Source of the DNA: a virus
Virus record (IMG/VR): IMGVR_UViG_3300023184_000062
Coordinates: 36,747 to 100,746 of that record
Reading direction: 5' to 3' (one strand)
DNA length: 64,000 nucleotides
In this document: positions 26,904 through 37,079 of the stretch, one piece after another
Layout: every line of letters starts with the position of its first letter
Position numbering within the stretch: position 1 is the stretch's first letter
The notes under the pieces: generated by a model
What the model was told of the DNA's origin: nothing
The model's database searches: none
Seen by the model: only the letters and a program-made list of their open reading frames with translations
Made by a program: the position numbers and the translations under genes

Positions 26904-27439
26904 AATTAAATATTGGCAAGTTTCCAAAGAAATCTAGTGGGAGACGAAAAATTGATATTCAAATTGAAAACCATGATACTTGGAATCTAGACCACACTCT
27001 AGCATTGATTATCTATCCAGCCTTGCTTCAACTTAAAGCAACTAAACAAGGGGTGCCAAGTGAATTTGCCGATGTTGGCGGCGAGAGTAATGGGACGCAA
27101 GATAGTTTTGATTTCTACCAAGAAACACATGAAGATGCCTGGAAAGACGGACTAGAACGCTGGGATGACGCATTAGATAAGATGATATGGTCTTTTGAAC
27201 AATTGCTTAAAGGTGAATATGATGACCAATATCATCACGGAGATGCCGAATATGATTGGGTAAAGACTGATAAAATATTCCCCAATCCAATCACAGGTAA
27301 AGTAGAAGAAACATTTCAAATGGTTGACAAGAATCCCACTGAACACTGGTATGATAGTGTCGGACATTTAAAGCACGAGGAACGAATACAAGAAGGTCTT
27401 GAATTGTTTGGTAAGTATTTTCGTAACTTGTGGGACTGA
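26900..27439 (+). CDS. Conserved phage hypothetical protein
   Basis: DTWNLDHTLA.II.P.L.QL...G.P; GL.LFGKYF.NLWD. Confidence 0.75.
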   Translation: MKLNIGKFPKKSSGRRKIDIQIENHDTWNLDHTLALIIYPALLQLKATKQGVPSEFADVGGESNGTQDSFDFYQETHEDAWKDGLERWDDALDKMIWSFEQLLKGEYDDQYHHGDAEYDWVKTDKIFPNPITGKVEETFQMVDKNPTEHWYDSVGHLKHEERIQEGLELFGKYFRNLWD

Positions 27440-27440
27440 T

Positions 27441-27686
27441 ATGTTTGATAGAATAGCAATGCAATTAGAATACATGCCACAGATATTAAGTAAAGAAAAT
27501 AAAGACTTTTACATAACTCTACAAGAATTTGAAGATTTTTGCAAAGGGTTTCTGTTTGAAGAACTCAAAGATAACAACAAGTTAGGCAAAGTATTTCTTG
27601 AAAAATATGGTCAATCAAATTATGTGCTAAGTATATTAAGCAACAAATCAGCAAAAGAACATATTAAAAAATTCTATATAAAATGA
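27441..27686 (+). CDS. Hypothetical protein
   Basis: Operonic ORF, ATG at 27441. Confidence 0.6.
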   Translation: MFDRIAMQLEYMPQILSKENKDFYITLQEFEDFCKGFLFEELKDNNKLGKVFLEKYGQSNYVLSILSNKSAKEHIKKFYIK

Positions 27687-28351
27687 ACACAATATCACCA
27701 ATTTCTATTCCATTTTATGAATTTACTGCCGATCAAGAATTGACAAATGATGTTTTGGAAGATGTAAAAAAACTAAATTTTGAAAAACATAACGTAGGTA
27801 ATAAAATTTCATATGGTAATGATTTTTATTATCATCCCAAACTATTTGAGTTTTTTGATAAATGTTTATTGGAATTAAAAACTATATTAAAACTTGAAGA
27901 AAAATTAGAATTAACCATTGTATCTTGTTGGGCAAACAAAAATTCTAAACTTCAATATCATCACTATCACTTACATCCAAATTCAATAGTTAGTGCTATA
28001 TTTTATCTAACTACACATGAGAGTGGCAATACTGTTTTTGCAATACCCGATCCATGGTACAAGGATATAAATTCGCAACCCGGTTTTATGGCATGTTCCA
28101 TAAATAACGGTGCAACGTACGGTGAAACTTTACCGCAACTTTCAGGTAAAAATAAACCAGTTTCTGGTAAATTAGTATTGTTCCCTAGTCATGTTAAACA
28201 TAAAGTTTTACCATTAACTTCCAATGAAGATAGATATACAATATCATTTAATACGTTTGTATCCGGTGTTCTAGGGGAAAATAATCATTCGGTTTATTTA
28301 AATTTAAAAGCAAAAAGTGTTCGGGAAATGGTTGAAGAAAACAAAACATGA
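27683..28351 (+). CDS. 2OG-Fe(II) oxygenase superfamily protein (phage TIGR02466-like)
   Basis: WAN...H.HPNS..S..FYL; G.LVLFPS.V.H.V...R.TISFN. Confidence 0.85.
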   Translation: MNTISPISIPFYEFTADQELTNDVLEDVKKLNFEKHNVGNKISYGNDFYYHPKLFEFFDKCLLELKTILKLEEKLELTIVSCWANKNSKLQYHHYHLHPNSIVSAIFYLTTHESGNTVFAIPDPWYKDINSQPGFMACSINNGATYGETLPQLSGKNKPVSGKLVLFPSHVKHKVLPLTSNEDRYTISFNTFVSGVLGENNHSVYLNLKAKSVREMVEENKT

Positions 28352-28875
28352 AACAAAAATTCATTAACTATTACATGAAGGTGGCTGAATTAACCAGCAC
28401 ACTTAGCTATGCTAAACGACTTCAAGTTGGTGCAGTAATTGTCAATGGTAATAAAATTCTTGCCACCGGATACAATGGTATGCCAAGTGGATGGGATAAT
28501 AATTGCGAAAGTTTTGAATACATGAGTGGGGATGCCGGGGGCTGGTTAGATCCTGAAGAAATTTATGAACGATGGCCCTTTGTTGAAGATGATATAGATC
28601 CTGATTTAGGTTATGCTAGACGATATCGTTTGAAAACTAAAGATGAAGTATTACATGCGGAAACTAATGCAATTGCTAAAGTGTCCGCAAGCACAGAATC
28701 TAGCGAGGGAGCAACAATGTTTTGTACTCATGCGCCATGTATCAATTGTGCTAAACTGATTTATCAAAGTGGTATCAATAGTTTATTTTACAGAGATACT
28801 TACCGAGACACATCAGGAATAGAATTCTTAGAAAGTAGTGGTGTTAGTGTTACTAAATACAAAACTCAGGGCTGA
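28348..28875 (+). CDS. dCMP deaminase
   Basis: QVGAVIV, GYNG.P, HAE.NAI, PC..C. Confidence 0.92.
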   Translation: MKQKFINYYMKVAELTSTLSYAKRLQVGAVIVNGNKILATGYNGMPSGWDNNCESFEYMSGDAGGWLDPEEIYERWPFVEDDIDPDLGYARRYRLKTKDEVLHAETNAIAKVSASTESSEGATMFCTHAPCINCAKLIYQSGINSLFYRDTYRDTSGIEFLESSGVSVTKYKTQG

Positions 28876-29047
28876 AATCATTATTGATTATGGCAAACTA
28901 AGACCAATGATAGGTTGGCTAGAGAGAAATTGTGTTGGGGAATGGGGTTATACTTGCTTAGTGCCAGCTGGACGTGATGGTGGCATGTACGAATTTTACT
29001 TTGAAGAAGAACGAGACTACATGGCTTTTGTAGTTTGGAAACAATGA
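28838..29047 (+). CDS. Hypothetical protein (start uncertain)
   Basis: W...NC.GEW...F.F..ERD...F..W. Confidence 0.55.
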   Translation: MVLVLLNTKLRAEIIIDYGKLRPMIGWLERNCVGEWGYTCLVPAGRDGGMYEFYFEEERDYMAFVVWKQ

Positions 29048-29289
29048 AATACTATACTTTTTACCGCGAAAATAATAACTTTGACGATATTCTATCTGAC
29101 AATATTGTTAAGAAGTTTGCTCAAACTAAAATCAAATGGTATCAATATTTTATGATTGGTATGCGTAAAGACGGCAATGACCAAAACTTCAGTATGCTTA
29201 CATTGAAGTATGGGGAAGATATGGTCAACAATCTAACTAAAGATTTTACTCCTATCCCCGGAGTAGATTACATACCCAAGAAACGTTAA
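29044..29289 (+). CDS. Hypothetical protein
   Basis: ATGA-coupled. Confidence 0.6.
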   Translation: MKYYTFYRENNNFDDILSDNIVKKFAQTKIKWYQYFMIGMRKDGNDQNFSMLTLKYGEDMVNNLTKDFTPIPGVDYIPKKR

Positions 29290-30020
29290 TGTAGTTTAGA
29301 TACCATGTACGCTTCTGGTATGCGTGTTTTAGTATTCTTGCTGCCTAATAATACTACTGTTCTAATTCCCTGATCCCCGTTTAACATCATAACGATACAT
29401 CCACCGCTATCACGGATCCATCCTGTTTTACTTACAATGAAATCAACGCCTTTTCCAACTAAGGTATTTGTATTGTGAAATATAGCAAACTTTTTCTTAT
29501 TGATTTGCCATTGTATAGATGATGTATTGCTAGCATTAACGATTGTTGGATAATTCTTTGCTGCCATCACTAACTTAATTAAATCTTCTGCGGTGCTTAC
29601 GTTTGTATTCAGTAGACCAGTTGGGTCAGTAAAGTTACTCCTATACATTCCCAATGTATTGGCCTTAGTGTTCATTGCTTCAACACACCTAAGTATACCA
29701 CCCGGATAGTATTCGCATAACATTTTAGCAGCATTGTTATCTGATTTAACAATGGCTAGATTGAGTAATTCTTGTCTAGTGAATGTTCTGTTATAGAGTT
29801 TCTTTGGTATTGTTTCAGTTAATGATTGCCCGCTGTCTAGTACAACCATACTAGTCATTAATTTTGTGATGCTAGCGATAGAACGAACATCAGTAGTATG
29901 TGAACCTTCTAGTATAATTCCATTATCATCGGCAACTAACCAAGATTGAGCCGTTAGTGTGGGTTGTGCGATAGCACAAAATGAAGTAGATAGCAGAATG
30001 GCTAGTATAGTTTTTTTCAA
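29286..30020 (-). CDS. D-alanyl-D-alanine endo/carboxypeptidase (peptidase S11, PbpG-like)
   Basis: Signal peptide; ASITKLMT (SxxK), SDN (SxN), KTG. Confidence 0.92.
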   Translation of the reverse strand: MKKTILAILLSTSFCAIAQPTLTAQSWLVADDNGIILEGSHTTDVRSIASITKLMTSMVVLDSGQSLTETIPKKLYNRTFTRQELLNLAIVKSDNNAAKMLCEYYPGGILRCVEAMNTKANTLGMYRSNFTDPTGLLNTNVSTAEDLIKLVMAAKNYPTIVNASNTSSIQWQINKKKFAIFHNTNTLVGKGVDFIVSKTGWIRDSGGCIVMMLNGDQGIRTVVLLGSKNTKTRIPEAYMVSKLH

Positions 30021-30331
30021 AGGATTGTTTCTTTTTTGTACGGTATCAATTCAAACGATGTTCCTGCACCAATAATACAGCTTATAGACTGTTTTGTAGC
30101 AGTTATAGTCCAAGACTTATTTCTTGGGCTGACCCAAACAGTAGTTGTAGAATTAGCTTTATCATTAGTCATACCCAAAGCGATTGGGTATTCATAATAA
30201 GTTTCTCTTAAAGTTTTAAATAACGTATCAGTATCATAACACGATATCTCTGTAGTTACAACTTCTTCGGGACTTTTTGCCTGTGCGGTAAGTAAAGTTA
30301 AACTTAGTAAAAGTGTTGTTAAGTATTTCAT
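30017..30331 (-). CDS. Small secreted protein
   Basis: Signal peptide; two Cys; SWTI. Confidence 0.65.
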   Translation of the reverse strand: MKYLTTLLLSLTLLTAQAKSPEEVVTTEISCYDTDTLFKTLRETYYEYPIALGMTNDKANSTTTVWVSPRNKSWTITATKQSISCIIGAGTSFELIPYKKETIL

Positions 30332-30332
30332 A

Positions 30333-33300
30333 TTAAGTAAAGGTTATTCCACCATCTGTGGTGTCAAACGAGATATCACCCATTTCAACAAATCTAGGTA
30401 CAGCAAATACCCAACCTGAATTTGTACCGCCATTGGTTGATGTAGCAGCAATCCATCCAGCGCCACCTGTTGCAGTGCTACGACTAATTGACATGTATTG
30501 TGTATTAGCAATACCGCTACTCATTGATAGTGTGTGATTGGCTGCGGTTGCTGAAGTTATTGTAACTAAGTTACCGGCGTTTCCGGATAAACTAAAATAC
30601 TTAAAAGTAGTTGTAGTTGCTGCTGTAAATGTTACTGATGCTGGTTGTGTAGTATTTGTTATATTATAGAATATATTATTACCGGTTATAGTTAATGCAC
30701 CTGCACCACCTTGATTGATTATTGGATAAGTTCCACCGCTACCTACAAAAGTTTTTGCTGATGCACTAGTCATACTTATAGTGAAGCCAGTAAATGTTAT
30801 CCCCGGTGACATTACAGAAAATGGTGAAAGTGTGTTAGCTGTAGCTGCACCAACGTTTGTAACAGTAAAGTTATTGTTTGAGTAATCTGTTAAAAAACTG
30901 TTAACAGGGGTTGACAACAACAAAGACGTTTGCGTTCCTGTGATAGCACTTATATTTGTGCCTGCACTTTGCGTTGGTAACAAAGGTTTAGTGGGTACAG
31001 TAAAATTACCTGTATATACTGCCACGGTGTTAACAATTCTAATATTGGTTATGTAACCTTGGTATTGAAAATTAGCTGTAGCCGGAGTATCATAACCAAT
31101 AAACAATGTAGGGGAAGATGAAGCTGGTTGTGTAATTGTACCTGGAGTTCCACTCAACGATCCATTAATATAAAAGCTAACACTGTTAGCATTTGAAACT
31201 ATCGCAACATGATACCAAGTGTTCAGTGATATTGCTCCAGCTGCTGAAGTAATTCCTGCTGCGCCATTTGGAACAGCTACACTTATAGTTCCATCGTTGT
31301 TATACCCCACATCAAATGCAGTATTTGCTCCGTTTGTTCCAAACATAAATATACGGCATTGATTACCTGCCGTTGGGGTAGCAGTAGAATACATCCAAAA
31401 TTCTATAGTCCAAGTGCCACCGGATAAATTGAATGCACTTGATGCAGCGAGACTTAATCTTTGATTAACTGTATTAAACAACACACTACCGGTTGATCCA
31501 AAATTCCATGCTGTGGCGCCTGCGCCTGAAATAGTATATGTAGTGTTTGTTCCTATAATTGAGCGAGGGAATGGCCCTGTACTAGCAAATGATGCACTTG
31601 TTACATTAGAGGTGTTTGTGTTTATTGTGCCTTGTGTTAGTGTCAATGCTCCCGACAATAATAAATTTTCAGTAAGTTGTATATTAGCATCAGCAACGTT
31701 AACAGTTAAACCACCAAATGTATATCCGTTATTGATAATACTAGTTGTAGTAATTTTAGGTACAATTGTTACCCCTGTATGAGTACCATTGCTGTATAAT
31801 GTAAATGCTTCAACTACGTTTACTGATGTAGCCGGGGTAGTATATGCCGCACTGATAAGGTTAAAGACATTGAACCAACTAGCTGTAGTAACCGTAAGAA
31901 CACTAGAACCGCCTAAATATAGATTAGGTGCGTTAGTTGTTGATCCGCCGGTCGTACCAAATACTAGTGTTGCTGTATTAGAACCCGGGCAATAGAATAA
32001 GCCAGAACCAGTATATGTAAAGTTAGTAGCAATTGCCATATTCAATACGGTTTGTGCTGCTGTACTATTAGTAAGAGATATGTATGATGGGGGTAGAGGA
32101 TTAGTTGACGGATTATTGTAATATATCGGAGTATAACTAGTAGTACCAAAATTAATTGTACGAGTATTAGCATTAGTTGAACTGAATATAGAACAAGTTA
32201 ATACAGAACCTTCAGTTAATGTTAATGTGCCGGCAGTAAAGGTATACGTTCCACTAGAACCTGCACTACCTAATGACATTGATTTATTTAATGTTACTGT
32301 TCCTGCTGTGTGCGTGAATAAGGGTAAAACAGTGTTATTTAAATTAGCAGTACCACCATATGTAAAAGAACCACTAGTCAACACAAAACTTACAGAGGGG
32401 TTTAATGTTCCTCCATTCATAATAAATGCCGGACTGTTAACAGTAAATGTTGTGCAATTTAATATTCCGCTATCTAGTGTTAATGTACCTGCAGTATATG
32501 TAACTGTACTAGAACATGTAACGGTCGCCCCCGTGCCTGTAAAATCTAATGTACCGGCTGTTATTGTAAGAGTTGTACAATTGAATGTATAGCCTGGATA
32601 AGGATTTATTGTTCCAGTAGTGTTTATTGTTAATGCACCAATTGTCTGTGTTACTGTGTTATAACGATTCCACAAATATCCATTACCGCGCATTGTAATA
32701 GTAACAGCAGAGTATACACCGCCGCCCATAGTTAAATTACCAACAATGTTAAGTGCAGTTACTGCGCTTGTATAACTAGTATCTCCTAAGTAAAGATCCT
32801 TAAACCAACTACCTGTGGTTATTGTAGCAACAGATGCCCCGGTGGTGAAATATAAACTTGGGGCAGTAGTTATTGAGCCGCCTGCTGTATTTCCAACAGA
32901 GACTGTTCTTGTATTAGCCATATCCGCAACTTGAAAATATCCTGCACCAGTTGGAGTGAAATTAGTAAGTGTAGCCATATTCAATACAACAGTTGCTGCG
33001 GTAGTATGTGTAAGTACAATAATACCTGTATTAGCAGTTGTACCAAAAGTAATGGCACGAGTATTTGTATTTGATGAAATGAATATACCGGTTGCCAATT
33101 GAATGCCAGGGGTTATATTAAGTGTGCCTGCTGTGAGTGTATAAGTTCCGGTGGTGGTTAATGCATAACTCTGTAGGAAAGTAACTGTTCCGGCTGTATG
33201 AGTAAATGTAGGAACTGCTGTCATAGTGCCTGTACTTGCGCCATATGTAAATGAACCACTAGTTATAACAAAACTTACAGATGGAGTTATTGTTCCACCA

Positions 33301-34445
33301 TAAAATGTGAAATTTGCACCAGCAACAGTAAACGTTGTACAGTTTATAGCACCAATATTAACTAATGATCCGCCACTATAAGTAAATGTACTTGAACACG
33401 TTATTGTACTGCCATTCCATAAATCAAGTGTTCCTGCGGTTAATGTACATGTAGTACAAGCAATAGTAACCGCTCCCCCTGCATATAGGCTTACTGTACC
33501 ACTGGTATTGATAATCAATGGACCTATACTATTGTTAGTCTGCATATAACCCGTACCACGCATAGTTACAGTCATGTTAGTAAGGACACATGTACTTTGA
33601 GCAGTATATAATTGATTTAAGTTAAGACTGGTTGCAGCAATAGTAAAAGAACAAGTACCTAAGTTAAGTTGATTGAACCAACTACTAGTTGTTATAGTAG
33701 CAATAGATGCACCACTAGATAAGTAAAGATTTGGTGCATTAGTTATTGAACCACCTGTTGTACCAAATACAAATGTTCTAGTAGTTGACATTACTGATTG
33801 AAAACCACCCGTAACCATGCCTAAATCGTATGAACTACTAGTCCAAGTAAAGCCAGTAGCAGTAGCTATGTTCAATACTGTTTGAGCAGCAGTAGTGTGT
33901 GCTAGATTGATATTGTTTGCACCAAATGCAATTGAACGAGTGTTAGTATTACTTGAACTGAATATACCAGTGGTCAGATCAAATCCATTAAGAATAAGCG
34001 AACCGTTAGTTAGTGTTGTGGTAATAGTTGCGCCTGTTGTTAATGCGCTACCCAAACTCCATTCGCCACCTACTCCATTGAATGTAATAGGAGCATTTAT
34101 TGTTGTTCCGCCGGTAGTAATTGTTTGACCAGTAGTTGTAGCATTGAATGTAATAGCACCAGTACTAGTCCAAACAGTACCTGCAACTAATGACATTGAA
34201 CCATTGACTTGAAGTGTAGGTGTAGTACCCGTTAAGAATGAAACCGCTCCTGCTGATACAGTAATACTTAAACAGGCTAATGCACCTGTCATAATGACAT
34301 TATAAGTAGCAGATTGATCAAATATAACGTTATCACTGGCAGTCGGTACACTAAATCCACCGGCGCCGCCTGAGGTATCAGACCAGTTAGTAGTACTGGA
34401 TGTATTCCAAGTACCGGTGCCACCTCTCCAATAACGATCTGCCAT
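30333..34445 (-). CDS. Large virion fibre/adhesin (beta-helix-like repeats plus a LamG/ConA domain)
   Basis: Thr/Gly/Ser-rich; repeated IF.SSN.NTR.I.FG modules; WTIEFW...WYHVA...YING...GYI.N.RI; late promoter. Confidence 0.75.
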   Translation of the reverse strand: MADRYWRGGTGTWNTSSTTNWSDTSGGAGGFSVPTASDNVIFDQSATYNVIMTGALACLSITVSAGAVSFLTGTTPTLQVNGSMSLVAGTVWTSTGAITFNATTTGQTITTGGTTINAPITFNGVGGEWSLGSALTTGATITTTLTNGSLILNGFDLTTGIFSSSNTNTRSIAFGANNINLAHTTAAQTVLNIATATGFTWTSSSYDLGMVTGGFQSVMSTTRTFVFGTTGGSITNAPNLYLSSGASIATITTSSWFNQLNLGTCSFTIAATSLNLNQLYTAQSTCVLTNMTVTMRGTGYMQTNNSIGPLIINTSGTVSLYAGGAVTIACTTCTLTAGTLDLWNGSTITCSSTFTYSGGSLVNIGAINCTTFTVAGANFTFYGGTITPSVSFVITSGSFTYGASTGTMTAVPTFTHTAGTVTFLQSYALTTTGTYTLTAGTLNITPGIQLATGIFISSNTNTRAITFGTTANTGIIVLTHTTAATVVLNMATLTNFTPTGAGYFQVADMANTRTVSVGNTAGGSITTAPSLYFTTGASVATITTGSWFKDLYLGDTSYTSAVTALNIVGNLTMGGGVYSAVTITMRGNGYLWNRYNTVTQTIGALTINTTGTINPYPGYTFNCTTLTITAGTLDFTGTGATVTCSSTVTYTAGTLTLDSGILNCTTFTVNSPAFIMNGGTLNPSVSFVLTSGSFTYGGTANLNNTVLPLFTHTAGTVTLNKSMSLGSAGSSGTYTFTAGTLTLTEGSVLTCSIFSSTNANTRTINFGTTSYTPIYYNNPSTNPLPPSYISLTNSTAAQTVLNMAIATNFTYTGSGLFYCPGSNTATLVFGTTGGSTTNAPNLYLGGSSVLTVTTASWFNVFNLISAAYTTPATSVNVVEAFTLYSNGTHTGVTIVPKITTTSIINNGYTFGGLTVNVADANIQLTENLLLSGALTLTQGTINTNTSNVTSASFASTGPFPRSIIGTNTTYTISGAGATAWNFGSTGSVLFNTVNQRLSLAASSAFNLSGGTWTIEFWMYSTATPTAGNQCRIFMFGTNGANTAFDVGYNNDGTISVAVPNGAAGITSAAGAISLNTWYHVAIVSNANSVSFYINGSLSGTPGTITQPASSSPTLFIGYDTPATANFQYQGYITNIRIVNTVAVYTGNFTVPTKPLLPTQSAGTNISAITGTQTSLLLSTPVNSFLTDYSNNNFTVTNVGAATANTLSPFSVMSPGITFTGFTISMTSASAKTFVGSGGTYPIINQGGAGALTITGNNIFYNITNTTQPASVTFTAATTTTFKYFSLSGNAGNLVTITSATAANHTLSMSSGIANTQYMSISRSTATGGAGWIAATSTNGGTNSGWVFAVPRFVEMGDISFDTTDGGITFT

Positions 34446-34451
34446 TTACTT

Positions 34452-34483
34452 TCCTCTTTATATACTAATATTTATCAAGAGGA
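34452..34483 (-). promoter_or_regulatory. Late promoter inside an SD-occluding hairpin
   Basis: TCCTCTT-gaTAAATAttagtatata-AAGAGGA. Confidence 0.65.
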
Positions 34484-34486
34484 GTA

Positions 34487-34972
34487 TCAGCCTCTAACAA
34501 AAACGAATTGCCAAAACAACGCGCCAAATGGGATAATACATGCCATAACAGCAATGAATAATAATATATTCATAATGAATTCCCCAATCATTTCTCTTTC
34601 TTGTTGTGCTTTTTCTTCAATCAATCTTTCTTGTTCTGCACGTTCTTTTGATAATCTAGTGCGTTCGGCGATCATCTCATAGTACACATCATCATTACCA
34701 CTCCAAATCAACATATCTTTTAGATAACGTTCATCCTCACGCAACTTTTTTGATGCCCAGGCAATTTGTAATGCTTCAGCAGCAATCTGGCTATCACTTT
34801 TTTTGATGCTTTCAATTTTCTTTTTGGTACTAGCAACATGTACCTGATCTGCCATATGATAGAACTTACTGACTTCTCCAATTAAATTATTTACATCCTT
34901 GCCCATGGCAATGGCACCTTTAATGCCTGCTATAGTAGCTTGTGCCCCTGCGTAAATAGTTAACGGATCCAT
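34487..34972 (-). CDS. Conserved phage protein with a coiled coil and a C-terminal TM
   Basis: MDPLT...IK.AI..GKD. Confidence 0.7.
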   Translation of the reverse strand: MDPLTIYAGAQATIAGIKGAIAMGKDVNNLIGEVSKFYHMADQVHVASTKKKIESIKKSDSQIAAEALQIAWASKKLREDERYLKDMLIWSGNDDVYYEMIAERTRLSKERAEQERLIEEKAQQEREMIGEFIMNILLFIAVMACIIPFGALFWQFVFVRG

Positions 34973-35190
34973 TATTTTTTCTCAGGCCAATACGGTACAA
35001 AAGTCCATCTACAAACTTTTCCATTCTCAACGAATTCGTTTGCCCCGTAGGTCTTTCTCCCCTCTTCACAGACTTTTTGTAATTTCTGCCAATGTTTATA
35101 ATTTTCAGGTGGAGAAAGATATTGAGGTTCTGTGCTGGATGCTGATATTAACATTGCACCCAACACAATTAGTATTAGTTTGTAATTCAT
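34972..35190 (-). CDS. Small secreted hypothetical protein
   Basis: Signal-like N-terminus; TAATG-coupled. Confidence 0.55.
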   Translation of the reverse strand: MNYKLILIVLGAMLISASSTEPQYLSPPENYKHWQKLQKVCEEGRKTYGANEFVENGKVCRWTFVPYWPEKK

Positions 35191-35200
35191 ATAGCATGAA

Positions 35201-35737
35201 TTACATCCATAACCAAATACCCTGGCTCATCAATAATGCTCCAATCAAACCAACCCCAACGCTAGCATAGAACATACCCATACTTACTGCTAGAATACTA
35301 GCGGATAATAGTACGATACTTAATTGAAATGCTGAACCAGCGAATGTCAACCACGGTGTATGTTTTCTAACATCATCACGTTCCGCTTCTAAACTTCTAG
35401 CTTTAGCTAATAACTCTTTCTTGCCTTCTCCGGTGTCAGGATCAGAATCATATTTTTCAATTTTGGCTTTTAGTTTAGCTGCTTTTTCTGTTTGTTTACG
35501 TTCTACAGCATCATCATAACTTTGCTCGGCTAGGGTTTGTTTGATTGATTTAGCTTGATAAAAACTATACATATTATTGGCAGCAATCGTATTGTTCAAT
35601 ACTTTGCTACTAAATCCACTACCAATATAGGTATTAATAGCTAATAATGCTGCCACAACGGTAATTACCCAACCCGCTTTGTCTTTGATGTGTGCTTCTC
35701 TTTCAGAACGGGAAAGAGGTTTTTTCTCTTCGGCCAT
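35201..35737 (-). CDS. DUF4337-like membrane protein
   Basis: TM, N..SFYQAKSIKQ, coiled coil, two C-terminal TMs; TAAATA upstream. Confidence 0.7.
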   Translation of the reverse strand: MAEEKKPLSRSEREAHIKDKAGWVITVVAALLAINTYIGSGFSSKVLNNTIAANNMYSFYQAKSIKQTLAEQSYDDAVERKQTEKAAKLKAKIEKYDSDPDTGEGKKELLAKARSLEAERDDVRKHTPWLTFAGSAFQLSIVLLSASILAVSMGMFYASVGVGLIGALLMSQGIWLWM

Positions 35738-35815
35738 GTATTTTCTCCTTATTATTGTACATACTATGTATTTAGTGATATAATTGTTATAAACCCATTA
35801 CAGATAAATATTATG

Positions 35816-36388
35816 ATGCGTATACGTGAATTATTTGAAGAAATTGAAGATCAACCCGAACAAAAGATGCCACATCTATACCTAGATATGGATGGGGTAC
35901 AGGCTGATTTCTTTGGTGCTTGGGCACAAAAACACGGTGTTTCTACGTATAAAGAAATCCCAAGACGGGAAGATGATATACAAGCATTAGCAACATCTAG
36001 CGCAGAAAATGTATATCAATTCTTTAAAGATTTGAAACCCTTAACAGGTGGTATGCGTATTGTTATGTGGTTAAAAGATAATAAAATTCCCTATACTGTA
36101 TTATCTGCTCCATTACGTGGACCTTTTTCTAGTGCTAGCGTAAAGGCTAAAAAAGATTGGCTGGATGAGTATAATCCGGGCACAAGTGGCGACGCCATTT
36201 TTACTGCTGCAAAATTTAAATATGCCACTCAAGATGGTGAACCAAATGTCTTAGTTGATGACTTTGGTAAATATTTAGATGCTTGGAGTAATGCAGGTGG
36301 TATTGCTGTCAAGCATGAAGATAGTGGAGTTGCTAGTACTATCCATGAACTTGAAAAGATTTATGCCCCGTTTATCCATAAGAGTTGA
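35816..36388 (+). CDS. 5'(3')-deoxyribonucleotidase (NT5C/HAD) with a CTS-like N-terminus
   Basis: YLDMDGVQADF, LSAP, K..W, LVDDF, W..AGG; MRIRELFEEIE; TAAATA 35805-35810. Confidence 0.85.
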   Translation: MRIRELFEEIEDQPEQKMPHLYLDMDGVQADFFGAWAQKHGVSTYKEIPRREDDIQALATSSAENVYQFFKDLKPLTGGMRIVMWLKDNKIPYTVLSAPLRGPFSSASVKAKKDWLDEYNPGTSGDAIFTAAKFKYATQDGEPNVLVDDFGKYLDAWSNAGGIAVKHEDSGVASTIHELEKIYAPFIHKS

Positions 36389-36419
36389 TAATCACTATAC
36401 AATTAGTGTAAAATAAGTC

Positions 36420-36608
36420 ATGGCTACAAACAATCCCGGACAAGATAGAATACGTTATGAAGTAATAACGCAACCAAGTCCTGACAATGATGATGATTTA
36501 TTGTTACCCATACCACCTGCATTACTGGCTCAACTGGGATGGAAAGAGGGTGACAACATTGAAATTGGGTTTGATACTGAAGGCCGTTATACATTAAAGA
36601 AAACATGA
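36420..36608 (+). CDS. AbrB/SpoVT-like protein; leaderless
   Basis: LLLPIPP.LL.QLGWKEGD.I; TTGATA...TAAAAT 5 nt before ATG. Confidence 0.75.
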   Translation: MATNNPGQDRIRYEVITQPSPDNDDDLLLPIPPALLAQLGWKEGDNIEIGFDTEGRYTLKKT

Positions 36609-37018
36609 GTTATCCAATACCACAAAACACAATGAACACAATGGCTAGTCCAACTGTAGTTACCACAAACAATACCTCAGGAGTTTATGTTAATAATATA
36701 ACTTCTGGAAGTAGCGGACAATTTTTATATTCTAATGGCACCGGTCCTGCTTGGAATGATACTATTACCCTATCAACTATTTCAACACCACATACTTTGC
36801 ATGTTAAGGGTGATGCTGAGTTTGAGGGTGATATTAAACTAAAGGGCCAAAGCCTAAATGATATCTTAGACAAGATTGAAGAACGATTAGCAATACTACA
36901 TCCCAACATAAATCTAGAAGAAAAATGGGAAAAATTACGAGAATTGCGTAAGCAATATCGGGAATTAGAAGCCGATATTCTGGAAAAAGAAAAGATTATG
37001 GAAATCTTGAAACGATGA
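36605..37018 (+). CDS. Conserved phage hypothetical protein
   Basis: L.VKGDA.F.G.I...IEERLAIL.PN..LE.KW..L. Confidence 0.7.
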   Translation: MSYPIPQNTMNTMASPTVVTTNNTSGVYVNNITSGSSGQFLYSNGTGPAWNDTITLSTISTPHTLHVKGDAEFEGDIKLKGQSLNDILDKIEERLAILHPNINLEEKWEKLRELRKQYRELEADILEKEKIMEILKR

Positions 37019-37021
37019 CGG

Positions 37022-37050
37022 TTGACAATAAATGGTTTAGCTGCTATAAT
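37022..37050 (+). promoter_or_regulatory. Early promoter (repeat-family variant)
   Basis: TTGACAataaatggtttagctgcTATAAT. Confidence 0.8.
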
Positions 37051-37079
37051 ATCTCTATATTAACTATGTTTCTATCTGT

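Noticed and set aside
31513-34128. Several + strand Val/Pro-rich ORFs within the fibre gene (also 43347-47973 on -)
   Set aside because: Antisense shadows of Thr/Gly-biased codons
35690-35815. N-terminal extensions given by the ORF track (also 148, 18583, 38993, 51894, 55543, 63313)
   Set aside because: They overlap promoters or neighbouring genes; downstream ATGs have SD or leaderless promoter support
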